From Octopus sinensis (lineage: Eukaryota): 64,000 bases of DNA. The stretch lies in NCBI RefSeq assembly GCF_006345805.1, contig NC_042997.1, positions 152,148,001 through 152,212,000 of the forward strand, in the 5' to 3' direction. This document shows positions 11,243 through 24,218 of this stretch, piece after piece (the first letter of the stretch is position 1; each line of letters begins with the position of its first letter). Below the pieces are notes generated by a model. The model was not told where the DNA came from. It ran no database searches and saw nothing but the letters and a program-made list of their open reading frames with translations. A program made the position numbers and the translations under genes.

Positions 11243-13150
11243 TAAGCATTGTAGTATTTGAAAGTATTAATAAGTTTATGTATACAGGATGGTTTGAACT
11301 CTGACCTTTTGTTAATAAGATTGTGTTTGTCTTTGAATTTCAAGATGTTAAGGAGTTCTACACAGCATAGTTGGCATCCTGCTCTATTATTTAAATAAGG
11401 TGCAGCTGATCCGATGATGGACCATCTGAGTTTGAAGCCTATGCATTTGTCTTTTAATTCTCAAATTCTTTTAGAGAGGGAGGTGCTGTTAGCCTTATGT
11501 CTGTGTCTTAGCGAGGACCGGTGGTTGTAGTATCTGGATTTCCAGGAGGTTGAGCAACCAATATAGGTGAGTGTGTTAAACTGAGTACTCACCTCACATG
11601 AGTATATTACGTTTTTCGCCCTACATGCGCCCTGCAGCGGGCACTCTGATGCACATCTGCAGTTGCATTGCATTGCATTGTTCGGTCGTGTGCTGCTAAT
11701 CCCAGGCGGAAGTGTTGCAATACGAGTGGGGGCGTTGGTATCCTCCTGGTTTTTGATGGGTGTAGTATTTCCTCTGTTGTGTTGGCGGGTGTTATTACTA
11801 ACTGTTTGGGTAGTATGGCTGCCAGTCTGGTTATATTGTCTACTGTCTGGATGAGGGGGGTTCTGTTGGTCGCTATGGTTTGCTCTTGATCTAGCTGTTC
11901 TAATATTAATATAGTTATGTTTAGCTATGAGGCAGCTCATGTTGGGCAGGGTAGAGTAGGAAATCCTAATAGTTTTTTGTGGAGAAGATACTTCTATACT
12001 TGTGGGTGGGTGGGAAGTTGTTGGAAATTATAGAGAATATTCTCTTACATAACTTACCCCTAACTGCTAAGTTGAAAGGTATGTTGAACCATATATATTT
12101 GCGTAATCTACTATTATCCCTTCTATTTCTCCTAATAGGATCTATATTGCTCTCGTCGGGAGGGTTACTATTGTGTGTTGTTCTATTAGTTCGCCTATTT
12201 CCTATACGTTGTTTGGAGTTTAAATTAGAATTATCGCTAGTGTGAGTTGAGTGCTGAGTTCGATTATAATTGGGAGTCTTATGGCCGACGGACGCTCCCG
12301 GGTGGTCTACATATGATATTCTCTAGTTATACCGGGCACTATAGAGAGCCTGGTTGTAGTGTTGTGCATGATTATTGAAAATTTCTCTATTAGAGGATAG
12401 TTTTGTCAGTCTGTCTGAGATGGCTTGGACCGTGGTGCTAATTATACAGGGTGGATGGTTGGAAGAGGTATGGATGTATTTGGTAGTTTCTTCTGGTTTC
12501 CTATACGGGTAGTGAAGGTGCTTATTCAAATCTAACGTAACATCTAAGAAGTTTACTATTTTAGTATTGGTCATAAATTCTAGTTTAAGATTGAAGGATT
12601 TGAAAAAAAGCCTGATCTTTTTCCTAATTCTTTCTAGTTTACTCCTATTGTTGGTGGGGTATATGAAGAGAGCGTCGTCTCTGTATAGACCCCCCTGAAG
12701 ATCCGGTACCTCGGAGAAAAGCTTCTTGAGCAGGTAGGCCCCGACCAAGTCAGTCACCTGAGCTGAATCGCTCGAGCCCATAGCCACATCGAAATTGTCG
12801 GGGGTATCGGATCTGGTCCAGAGTCTACCGTCGAATTCTATTATGGTTTTTCTAGCTAATAGAATTATGTCAATTTTTTCTCTGTCTATGAGTGAAAGGT
12901 TGCGGGCAAAAATAAGGGATTTGTTAAGTAAGATGGGGGATATACTGGCGTAGTAGCTAGCTATGTCGAATTGGATGAATGAGTAGTCGGGCCTATTGGT
13001 GATAGTGTTAAACCATTCTAGCACATCGTTGGTGTTAATCCATAGTTGGAGTGGGATGTGGGGTTTGATGTGTGGGATCACCCTGTCCAGGATGGTCTTG
13101 CTAAGTCTGCCGATATCCGATTTAGTCGGACAGATTAATCGTACCTTTTG
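11243..13150 (-). pseudogene. PLE reverse transcriptase + C-terminal GIY-YIG endonuclease (resembles the Hydra clade), with stops and frameshifts
   Basis: RT: RLICPTKSDIG, FIQFDIASYY, AMGSSDS, YRDD, VNFLDV, YIHTSSNHPP. Linker: YIWFNIPF, SYSTLPNM. EN: CNCRCASECPLQGAC..VIY..YIG..WKSRYYNH, CQLCCVE, LINKRSE...CIH. Confidence 0.9.
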
Positions 13151-14204
13151 AATATACGAGCGTCCGCGTACGTGTGTATACGCATACATACATATGCACG
13201 CGCATATATGTACATGCATACTTCGATATCTTATAGCTATACCCATGTGCGCGTGTGTCTCTGTGTGTGTATATGAGTGTATATGTGCACGCACATACGG
13301 ACACACAGCCGTGTGTGCGTGCGCGTATTGACATGAGTACGGGATTCTTTACATACGTTCTTATACACATCCTTTAATATCTTATACCTGGACCTAGAGG
13401 CGTGGGCATATACGTGTGTGTATGTAGTGATGGGCGCGCGTATATACATGTGAGCGTGTACGCGCGTAATGTCCGTGTATATATGCGGATATTCTGTTGT
13501 ATGTATGTGTGTGTACGCGCGTGCGTGTGGGTGCGTGTGTGTTTATGTACGTGTTTACACGCGAGTGCGTGTGTATGCTTATAGGCTTGGAGGCGTATAT
13601 GTACGCGTGTATGTGGGTGTATATATCCATGATGATATGTATGTACTAGAAGTCCATTTAATTCAAGGAACCAGATTAAATGCTCATCAGCTCTGATTTA
13701 CAACGCATTAAGTCCCCAGACGAAACTGTTGATGTACTGACAATTCTACAACTAAATTTTATCAATCTCCTGACCACCATGCTTGGTCCATAACCTCTAT
13801 ACATCCCTTATCTTTACATTCTTTTACACTTTTATCATGTTTTTATCATGTTTTTTTAACTTTTATTTCTATTTCTATTTTTACTTTATATTTCTTTATA
13901 CCCCCTTTACATCTACTTACAACCCTTTATCCTCTACATTTTTATATTATTCTATACTTACACTTTTTATACATTTTTTATCCCTCGTCCCGAACTCTCG
14001 CCCCTCCATCTTCACCTCTATATATGTATTTATTTATTTACATTACCTCAACATCCAATTTTCCTCATTCTACATTGAGAGAAGAAAGAGATGGACGCTT
14101 CAACTCTATGCTGCTGCCGCATTATGTCGTACGTGAATGAGAGGATTTGCATCCCCAACCAAGAATTTTTGATGTAACACATGTCCTTGTGGAAGCTGTT
14201 GTGC

Positions 14205-14282
14205 GCGGCTGAAGAAGGCCACAGACATACATTATGCATTGTTATAAATCTGTCTAATAAAGGCCCGAAACATATGTACCGC
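14205..14282 (+). ncRNA. Type I hammerhead ribozyme motif in right (inverted) PLE arm
   Basis: Same motif as 9384-9461 on the opposite strand. CTGAAGA at 14209-14215, GAAA at 14267-14270, predicted cut after A14278. Confidence 0.75.
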
Positions 14283-14401
14283 TGAATCCTTCGCATCATG
14301 TTTTTATTTTATTTTGATCAATTTACTCCACCACCTACACCACCAAACGGTATACACAGGTGCTTATAATTATCAAGTACTCACCCCGAATTTATATATA
14401 T

Positions 14402-14464
<63 letters not shown>

Positions 14465-14470
<6 letters not shown>

Positions 14471-14665
14471 ATCCAAACATGAACAAGCAAGAAAAATCAA
14501 CAACGCGAGGACGTGGAATAAGTACAGTGTTATTGGACGCTCAGGAAAGGAAAGAAACGAAAGAGGATTTCACGTTTCGAGTTGAGCTCTTCATCAGAAA
14601 TATAGAAAAAGTCCAAAGAAGGGAAGACGGAGAAAGAAAATCGCCAACGACACACACGCGGTCAT
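14465..14665 (-). mobile_element. Short non-coding hammerhead-bearing repeat (copy 1 of 3)
   Basis: Homologous to 41310-41480 and 63470-63690. Minus strand 14567-14601 reads AUUU-CUGAUGA-A-GAGC-UCA-ACUC-GAAACGU-G-AAAU. Confidence 0.75.
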
Positions 14666-14694
14666 ATATATATGCCTGTGCGTGTGAGTATATA

Positions 14695-14727
<33 letters not shown>

Positions 14728-15215
14728 ATTAGGAACAGAGAATGGACAAGCAAAACGTGGTGTCACTTTAGAGCATTATATTCTTGGATGTTTTAACACC
14801 AGCCGCTTTGAGAGAATATTCTCCATCATGTCAAATCATAGCCTAACGGCAAATACTCGTTTCATTTGCGTTATGTATATATGCTCCTATCTCATATTTA
14901 TATTTATCTTTACGTGTGCACTATCCAGGCATACTAGCACATAGTTTTCACACAGTATACACATAAGCCGTGGACTGGCAGTATGATTCTCTTCCGATTC
15001 GGTTTGGGCACGTGATGTTGATAAGCCACAAAAATGGTGAAACATCAATGTCCATCACTCCTCAATGGGATATGGGGTGGGTTTTCCCGCTGGTTCATGA
15101 ATTTCACATGTTTTAACACCCGGTGCTTTGAGTGAGTAATCTACACCGCTCCGAATCGTAGCCGACCGGCAAATACACGGTGTGTTTACGTATATATATA
15201 TATAACGTGTTTACG

Positions 15216-15259
<44 letters not shown>

Positions 15260-15612
15260 TTTTACTTGTTTCAGTCATTTCACTGCGGCCATGCTGGAGC
15301 ACCACCTTTAGTCGAACACATCGACCCCAGGACTTATTCTTTGTAAGCCTAGTACTTATTCTATCGTGTCTTTTGCCGAAACACTAAGTTACGGGGACGT
15401 AAACACACCAACATCGGTTGTCAGGCGATGGTGGGGGTACAAACACAGAGACACATAAACATATACATATATGTATACGACGGGCTTCTTTCAGTTTCCG
15501 TCTACCAAATCCACTCACAAGGCTTTGGTCGACTCGAAGCTATAGCAGAAGACACGTGCCCAAGGTGCCACGCAGTGGGACTGAATCTAGAACCGTGTGG
15601 TTGGGAAACAAG
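15260..15612 (-). mobile_element. SINE family A copy
   Basis: Full head-body-microsatellite-tail match on the minus strand. Confidence 0.85.
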
Positions 15613-16359
15613 CTTCTTACCACACATCCACTTTTGCGCCGGCGCTGGTACGGCAGTGTAGTTAAGAAGCATGCTGTACAACCACGTGATTTTGTTTTCA
15701 GTCCCAACATGTGTGTATGTGTGTGTTTGTGTGTGTATTCATTTACATCTCCTGACGTAGCGGTGCGGCAAAAGGGAATGATAGAATAAGTGCCAAGCTT
15801 CGGAATAGGTACTGGGGTCGATTTGTTCCACTACGGCTCTTCAAGGTGGCGCTCTAGCTTGGTCGCTAAACACACATACGCACACATGCATAAGGGGGTC
15901 TCACACAATTATCTGCCTACAAAACTTCACGCAATCCTATTTTCAAATGTGTTCCAGCCTCTTTCCAAGATTATATCGTCTAATATATCAGAATACCTAT
16001 TTTTTTAAACGATATTGTGTAATGTGTGTGAGATAATACCTTGTTCTTATTTCTAATATCTAATATCATCGAAAAGGTTCCCTTATCGATTCGTTTTTGC
16101 TGTTATTATTGTTAAAGGTGATAATGTGCTATTATCTATTAATGCCTGCCCTAATGGAAGGAGTTAACGTATCGTGTCTTGGCGATACAGGCATTAGACA
16201 TTTTAATGAATTTGCCAGCGGAATCAGTTCAAGGAAATGTAACATTACGTGTTGTATTTATATCGTTGAGAAGACCTACTCTCAGGGAATGAAGGGGGTT
16301 TTTTTGCTGTTGTTGGGGCTGGGGTTGATGCTGGCTCTGATGCGGAACATGAATACTTT

Positions 16360-16433
16360 GATGACGACGACGACAACGTCATTGTTGATGATGACGACGA
16401 TGACGACGACGACGATGATGATGACGATGATAT

Positions 16434-16466
<33 letters not shown>

Positions 16467-16700
16467 CGACGACGACGATGATGACGACGACGACGATGAT
16501 GATGATGATGTTGACAAGGACATTGATGATGAGGATAATGATGATAGTGATGATGAAAAGGAGGATTTGAAGGAAGATGGGGTTAATAATGATGTTCATT
16601 ATTATGATAATTATGAACAATATCATCTTCATTATCATGATTATAATTATACGATGAAGAAAAAAGTATGGTGAAGAGGACTATATTGAAGGTGATGATT
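16360..16700. repeat. (GAT/GAC)n compound trinucleotide repeat
   Basis: Direct inspection. It explains the poly-M, poly-S and poly-I ORFs. Confidence 0.95.
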
Positions 16701-16929
16701 CTGACGGTGATGGCGGTAGTGCTAGTGGTGGTGATGCCGGTAGTTGTGTGGAGTTGATTTGCTGGTCGTTTGGGTGATAATTACTTCATCTTAATTATTG
16801 GTGCAATTATCTTCATTGTTGTCCTCATCAATGCTGTAAACACAGCAAATGATGAACCGACTGGAAATAGTAGCTAAAATTTACCTCAAATCACGATCTC
16901 CTGTTCTCTTAAAAGAAAATAAACACACA

Positions 16930-17285
16930 GCGTGGTACCCTAGGTAAGTGTTTGTACTATAACCTCGGGCCGACCAAAACCTTGTGAGTGGACTGGTAGG
17001 CAGAAACTGAAAGAAGCCCGTCGTTTATGTATGCATATATGTATATATTTATGCATGTGTGTCTTTGTGTCTATCTTTGTCCACCCACCTCAATCACTTG
17101 ACAACTGATGTTGGTGTGTTTACGTCTCCGTACCATAGCGATTCGGCAAAGAGAGACCGATAGAATAAGTACTAGGCTTACAAAAAATAAGTCCTGGGGT
17201 CGATTTCTTCGGCTATAAACCCTTTAAGGCGGTGCTCCCGCTTGGTCGCAATCAAGAAACTGAAACAAGTTAAAGAGTTAAAATG
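16930..17285 (+). mobile_element. SINE family A copy, 5'-clipped
   Basis: Body and tail match other copies. Confidence 0.8.
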
Positions 17286-17609
17286 TATACTGAATAATGT
17301 AATCCTAGATATAGACTTATTAAAAAACAGTTTGATCGTGGTGGGAACTCTTTGGATGATAATCAGCTCAAGCAAAAATTTCGTGGGAGTAAAAACCAAC
17401 AGCAACAACAACGATTGGATTTACTAAACGAGGAATCTTTTAATAGATCTGCTACAAATAGCGCCGTCTCATAATATGCCCCAGTATTGTATAAAAAAAA
17501 AGGACACACGCACTAGTTAATGTAATCCTGGATACAATACGTTTGAAACCAAAGCATGAGATGGTCATGGATGGAACGCTTTTAATAATATTTATGCTTC
17601 ATAAGGGTT

Positions 17610-18440
17610 GACCTGCTTAGCGGTATTTCGTCTGTCTTTATGTTCTGAATTCAAATTCCACCGAGGTCGGCTTTACCTTTAATTCTTTCGGGGTCGATAA
17701 ATTAAGTACCAGATTCGTACTTAAATTTCGAGACTTGTACCTAGAGTAGAAAAGATTATCAATATCATTGTTATTCTATACACGTATATAATGGGGTGAG
17801 TTGGTAGAATCTTTAGTATAGCAGGCAAAATGCTCAACAGCATTTTATCTATTGCTACGTTCTGAGTTCAAATTCTGCTGAGTACGATTTTGCCTTTCAT
17901 TCTTTCGAGGTCGATAAATTAAGTATCAGTGAAACACTGGGTCAATGTAATCGACTACTACCCTCCCCGCAAAAATTGCAGTTCTTGTGCCTATCGTAGA
18001 AACCATTATTATTATTATTATTATTATTATTATCATTATTATTTCAGTGTATAAATCGGCGAGCTGGACAAAATGTTTAGCGGCATTCCATCCATCTTTA
18101 CGTTCTGACTTCAAATTCCGTCGAGTTTAATTTTGCCTTTCATCCTTTCGAGGTCGATGAAATCGTACCAGTTATATACTGTGATCGAAATAATCGACAA
18201 ACCTCTATCACTGAAATTTTAGGCTTCTGCACATAGTAGAAAGGATTATTATTATTCCAGTGTTTCAAACAAAATGCTTAACAGCATTTCGTCCGTCTTT
18301 ACCTACTAAGTTCAAATTCTCCCGATGTCGACTTTGCTTTACATCCTTTCGAGAGTTAATAATATAACTACCAGTTGAGCACTGGGGTTAATATAATCAA
18401 GTATCCCCTTCCCTCAAAATTTCAGGTCTTGTGCCTATAG
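17610..18440 (+). mobile_element. Cluster of about four diverged SINE family B copies separated by (ATT)n tails
   Basis: Repeated ttctgagttcaaattc (B-box-like) ... tttgcctttcatcctttcgaggtcgataaattaagtaccag ... gtgcctatagtagaaaggattatt. Confidence 0.85.
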
Positions 18441-18724
18441 CACAATGGATTATTTCAGTGTATATGTAGTTCTGATTTCAGTGATATCGAGCAATTGTTT
18501 GTTTTTTTTTGTAAGTGTCGGTGAGGTGAAGGGAATATTGTATTCGTATAGCCACTATGATAGTTAGAGTCGTGAAGTTTACAATATTCACATCTACATT
18601 CGAATTTATAAACCACATGTATCATTGAAAGTTTGTTCGCAGGTTTACATAACTTTTCTTCAAGTGTTCTTAGAGTTGTGTTAGCTTATCGCTTAGTGAA
18701 GCGCATTTCATGTTGTTTACTCTT

Positions 18725-18933
18725 TTTCTCTTTTATTTGTTTCAGTCATTTGAATGCGATTATGCTGGAGCTCCGCCTTTAGTCGAACAAATCGACCTCA
18801 GGACTTATTCTTTGCAAGCCTAGTACTTATTCTGTTGTCTCTATTGCTGAACCGTTAAGTTATGGGAACGTAAACACACTAACATCGGTTATCAAGCGAT
18901 GGTGGGGGGACAAACACAGACACACAAACACGA

Positions 18934-18984
<51 letters not shown>

Positions 18985-19150
18985 GCGACGGGCTTCTTTC
19001 AGTTTCCGCCTACCAAATCCATTCACAAGACTTTGGTCGGCCCGAGGCTATAGTAGAAGACACTTGCCTAAGGTGCCACACAGTGGGACTGAACCCGGAA
19101 CCATGTGGTTGGTAAGCAAGCTGCTTACCACACACCCACTCCTGCGCCTG
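18725..19150 (-). mobile_element. SINE family A copy
   Basis: Full match including head aggcgcaggagtgggtgtgtggtaag and internal (TA)n. Confidence 0.88.
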
Positions 19151-19249
19151 TTTGTAGAAGACTTTACTATTATATTTTTGTAGATTATATAATTAGTAAG
19201 TATTTGATTCACATATTGCACATTGGGTAGTTTATGTAGTTTAATATCA

Positions 19250-19830
19250 TTATTCTCTGGATTTCTTTCTCTGGTGTTTTGATTGCGACGAAGAATCTAA
19301 ATATTTTTCTTTATCTTTATGTAGGGAATTTTACAACTAACCTTATATTTCTACGAACACATTGTCTACACGTGAATAAATGAATTCATTGAGTATGCGA
19401 CATCTTGGCACAACTATTTTGGCCCCATGCCGACTTATTTGACATCAGAATATTTAACCCCGATACCTTTTAATTTTCTACTGTGGTCAAGAGGAAGTTT
19501 ATAGCTACCCAAATATTGGTTGTATATTTTGCTTTGTGGACAGAGACTGGATATTACTAATTTCTTCAGTACATTAGCTGGCGTTGTGAGTGCTTATATT
19601 ATTTGGTGTTTGTGTACATTATTTAGTATTGTTATTATTATTTCTGCCGGTGGGACATTGGTCATGGCAAACACATTCTACGTCTAAGATGCAAATAGTA
19701 CTTACTTTATAGAGTTTTTCATTCTAAAGATCTCTAGGACATTTTTGGATGACCGCATACTGTATTTCTTTACTATATATTATTCGATAGTGCTATCCAT
19801 GTCTTTAGCAATCGTGTATGATGATTTTTC
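19250..19830 (-). mobile_element. Heavily decayed PLE reverse transcriptase relic (Naiad-like)
   Basis: Minus-strand translation gives SYTIAKDMD..KKYSMRSS..LEI, then a motif-A-like L(D)VECV..FAMTNVPPAEIIITILNNV, then a degenerate GMG and RVDNVF. Confidence 0.45.
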
Positions 19831-22334
19831 CGTTTGCTAACCATGCACTTGCAACGAAGCAATTGTAATGTCACACTCTATCACACAAAACAGATTAGTG
19901 AACACCACTTCTATATTTCACAGAATTCTCTTTATAACTGATTGATTATGTAAGCACAATGCTTAAATGAACACACAGACAATATACATTATATATTAAA
20001 AGCAAAAAAAAAACATCTGCCTGATGATTTGTATGTCTAACGGCCAAAATTCAACATTCAGAATTCATTGTGTACACTAATAATATTGGTCATACATATT
20101 ATAAAGAGACCTCGACAAACGCCAACAGCGATTCCTCCTCAATGAGAATCTATGAAGATGTAGAAATCTTGAGAGCCATACAGAAACTTAATGTTCAACA
20201 CAAATTGCAAAGAAGTCAAAAAATTTCTTGAGAAAATGCATTTTTAAGATAAAAAGATTTATGGCATATATATATATACACACACACACACACAAACATA
20301 CATATATTTTCTTTCTCCTTCTTCCTATCAATAAGTGCTTCCTCTACCTCTTCCATATAAATGTGTGTGCAAGTGTGTATACATACATATACATATATGT
20401 ATATATAGAGAGATAGAAAGAGAGAGAGAGGGAGAATGAGAGACTGAAGTTGGTTAAGTATTTTAAACAACAACCTCCCTGTCAAATTGGGAAGCAACAA
20501 AAGTTACTATAAATTTCTTCACGTGTATTTGTACATGTCATCTAAGCACAATCGAACATTAATTTCACTCCTCTCTCAATCATTCGCATTAATCAGCCTG
20601 CTCATTCTCTTCAGTTTAATAAATAAAACGAGTTATTTTTTCTAATTGAAAAAAAAAGAAAGAGTTAGAAATATCTTACCGTAGCAAATCACAGCGATAT
20701 AATTCACATAAATGCATGTGGAGTAATTTGAGTCGTAGTTTTGACACTTCAGCAAACATAAATCCGAGCTACATTGAAATATTGACTCGCGGCTGTCGTT
20801 ATTTAATTTTTTAATCTTTCTTTTCGAGTTCTTCGTAGTTTAGTAGTAAAATGTTCATTATTTTACTTCTTTGCTCAATTCACGCATACACAAACTCTCT
20901 CAATAGACAGACACACATAGAGAGAGAGAGAAAAGGAGAAGGGGAAGAGAGAAATGAAGAAATGAATGAAAGAGGGGACGGAAATTCAGAAAGAGATTTA
21001 CGATAAAGCGAAGTTAATTTTTTCCAGTAATTTCTCTGCAACGCCCAAACAACCTTCAAGACAATCAACGTAACTATTCGAATTAGACTAGAATCTATTC
21101 TGCTAGTAATGTGGAATCAATCTTTGGAGAGGAAACTTTATAAACAGAAATTTTCAGTTATCTTTGCATTCAAATTTATAACACGAACGCAAATTAATTT
21201 TAGTAAGATAGGGAATGATAACATTGATGAATTTTTATATTAGTTATAATAACAAAGAATTATGATTATTATCATCTTTATAATTATTAAAAGTTACAAC
21301 AAAATATCATTACTGACAGTATTAATAAAATTACTAATAATCATTTGTAATTAGTAAAAATATAATTTTTTTAATAACAAAATTATTAATGAAATAATTA
21401 CCATTATTATTTGACAGATCACTTCAGGGTTTTCTGTCCTCTTGAAAATAAAAAAAAAGAAAATAATAATATGTGCTACTCTTAAAAATTTGAATTAAAA
21501 CTGAAGCAGTTATATCAAGGATGTCAGCAACTGCAACAACAAATGTTATACCAAATGACACAACTTCAACAAGGAGCCTCTAAGTAATATTTTTACCTGC
21601 TACAAATCGCTGTTAAATCTCCCTCAAAGCACATCTTGAATAAACCAAAAGATACATCAGATGGTGCAAAAATGTCTATAGTCACCTTCATTTCACGTTC
21701 TATTTTATTCTGCTGTAGTGAGTATCCATCGAGTGCTGACTCAGCTCTTTCTCTCCTTCTATGTCACAATTTCCACACTTCGAATCGATCGAGTCTGAAG
21801 GGGACAAGCTGAGTATGTCTACTCGAAACTACATAAACACCAAAAGATGTTAGCGAAAGCATGGTACTTGTTACCAAAGTATATTCGATCGCTAGTAATG
21901 TTTATTATATCATATGAGACAGATCATGCTGTTTACAGAATCAATTGTAAAAACTGTTTTCTCATCTTTCTTCAACAAGGAATCTAGGGTCCTCATGCTG
22001 TGTTTCGTCGAAGTTTAGCTCGAAAATTAGCTGTGACTCAGTAGCTCTACAATCAAAGATGTTTTCACTGTGATCTTCTCATGTATACATGAGTGTATGT
22101 GTGTGTGTACACAAACATGCATATATAGACATGCATACATACATGTATGTATGTGCATACGTATGTATGTAATTAAATATATAGAATATAGCATACCTAC
22201 GAATGTATATATGTATGTATGCATGTGCGTAGGACAGACGTATGTATGTATGCGTGTATGTATGTCATTGTTCAGTTTTATTTCAAGATTTCTTGCCAAT
22301 AGAGAAAGAGCAAGTTTCTAACCTAGATCCAAGG

Positions 22335-22447
22335 CGCCTGTATGCATGTATGTATGTATGTATGTATGTATGTATGTATGTATGTATGTATGTATTATGT
22401 ATGTATGTATGTATGTATGTATGTATGTATGTATGTGTGTATGTATG

Positions 22448-22478
<31 letters not shown>

Positions 22479-22654
22479 TATGTGTGTATGTATGCATGTA
22501 TTTATATATGTATGTATGTATGCATGTATATGTATGTATGTATGTATGATGTATGTATGTATGTGTGTATGTATGTATATATGTATGTATGTATGTATGT
22601 ATTATGTGTGTATGTATGCATGTATTTATATATGTATGTATGTATGTATGCATG

Positions 22655-22686
<32 letters not shown>

Positions 22687-22705
22687 TGTTTGTATGTATG
22701 TATGA
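22335..22705. repeat. (TATG)n compound microsatellite
   Basis: Direct inspection. Confidence 0.95.
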
Positions 22706-23944
22706 GAGAGACTACAATGTTCCACAGTTTGCTTTCATTTTTAGAGCGATCGCATACGATATGAATGTAATTTAGTTGCTATTTCTTCTAGGTTCGATGG
22801 TCATGTGGTTGCTTCTATATTACTACAATGTTTCGGTACTTGTCGGTGTCATGAACCAAAAAGAAGATGCGAAAGAGTTTGCAATGTTTGTTGTATTAAA
22901 TTTTCCGTGCAGCTAACGAGAGAAAGTCATCGCACATGACATTGTTAAGGGTCTCTGGGATATAAACGGAATCTTGCACCACTACAGACACGATTAATGA
23001 TCCAGTGGTAGGATTATGTTTTTCATACAAAACTGGCTCGGTCGCTCCATACCCAATTTCCCCAACAAGTTCGGGGACGAATCGAAATTTCGATAGAAGA
23101 CACTGGGCCAAGGTTCTACTCAGTGTAGCCTAATCTCGGTGTCGGAAGACCAGCGAAGACCATTTACACTGCTCCCTTCTTCCAGTCACGGTAGATTAAA
23201 ACAAAAAAGAAAGCTTTTTGGTATGAAATTCGAAGTAGAAAAAAATGTGCCGAGGTAATCTTGGAGAGAAGGCAAATAATTAGAACCACAAATATCATGT
23301 TAGATAATGAGAAAGAGATAAGAAAATTAGAGTAAACACAGACTTATAAATACTTGATAATTAATGAGACTAGACGGAGAGAACTGTAGACACAAATGAA
23401 AGAAAAGGTTAGAAAGCATTTTCAGAAATTAAATGCAAAAATAAGATAATAATCATCAATACTCAATATTTCTGTTAAAAGTTTTACTGGTGATATTATT
23501 AACTGGAAGCCAATGGAATTAACAAAGGCTAGATAGGAAAACAAGAAAATAGCGACTGCATTTAGTACGCACTATACAAAAGCCGACACAGAAAGACTAT
23601 ATAAAACGAATACATTTGCTATTGTTGAGTTTAGAGCTTCACGTAGATTATCATCTATAACTCTGTTTCCATTATAGTAGTATAGTTACTTCTATACTTA
23701 GTAGAATTAATAGTTATGATACAAAAAGTAAATGTGGGAGCAATTAGGATAAGTATTTGTTAAGACCTTTGTTCTCTGCAGCATAATATAATATAGTGTT
23801 CTCCTGGTGATACGTTGCCCCTAGGTATCCAATTGCCTCTGGAATATCCAACGCTCTCGTTCCAAACAACCACAACGGTGAAACGTACGTAGAGGACAAA
23901 TCATGTAAACTTTTATCAAAATTTTTCCTCTATGTGTGTGTATA

Positions 23945-24126
23945 CGAGGGGTGCTGAAAAGTTCCTTGCTTTAAAGGTATCTTGAAAAGCATTGCAGAAG
24001 CCCCAAACTTTACAGGCTGAGAAAATATGGAACGACTGCTACAGTAAGTGTGAGAAACTGTGAGGGGAGTGTGATCCTCCAGTATTTTCTTTTACCCAAA
24101 GCCAGGAACTTTTCAGCATCCCTTCG
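23945..24126. mobile_element. Mariner-derived MITE (~180 bp)
   Basis: TIRs cgaggggtgctgaaaagttcc and ggaacttttcagcatcccttcg, preceded by TA. Confidence 0.8.
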
Positions 24127-24140
24127 TGTGAGTATGTATG

Positions 24141-24218
<78 letters not shown>

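Larger units (their letters stand above)
9344..14393 (-). mobile_element. Penelope-like element, 5'-truncated, with ~1.2 kb inverted pseudo-LTR arms, inserted in (TA)n
   Basis: Arms 9344-10550 and 13143-14322 are reverse complements with few differences. They enclose an RT plus GIY-YIG ORF and there are (TA)n tracts on both sides. Confidence 0.92.

Noticed and set aside
11461-11463. In-frame TGA in the PLE endonuclease as possible selenocysteine recoding
   Set aside because: It falls where Trp is expected (the 55-kb relative has KLIWSL), and the copy has other stops and frameshifts.
16097-16638. 157-aa ORF with hydrophobic start and poly-Met/Thr, and an acidic poly-Asp alternative frame
   Set aside because: Driven by the (GAT/GAC)n tract. 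The non-repetitive part has no recognisable motif and other frames have stops.
21735-21835. Long hairpin ending ACTC-GAAAC
   Set aside because: No CUGANGA upstream, so it is at best a very decayed motif.
22896-23111. Protein-looking minus ORF (FVPELVGEIGYGATEPVLYEKHNP...)
   Set aside because: It starts inside a SINE-like fragment, has no convincing acceptor and matches no family I recognise. The plus-strand exon candidate here has stops in all three frames.
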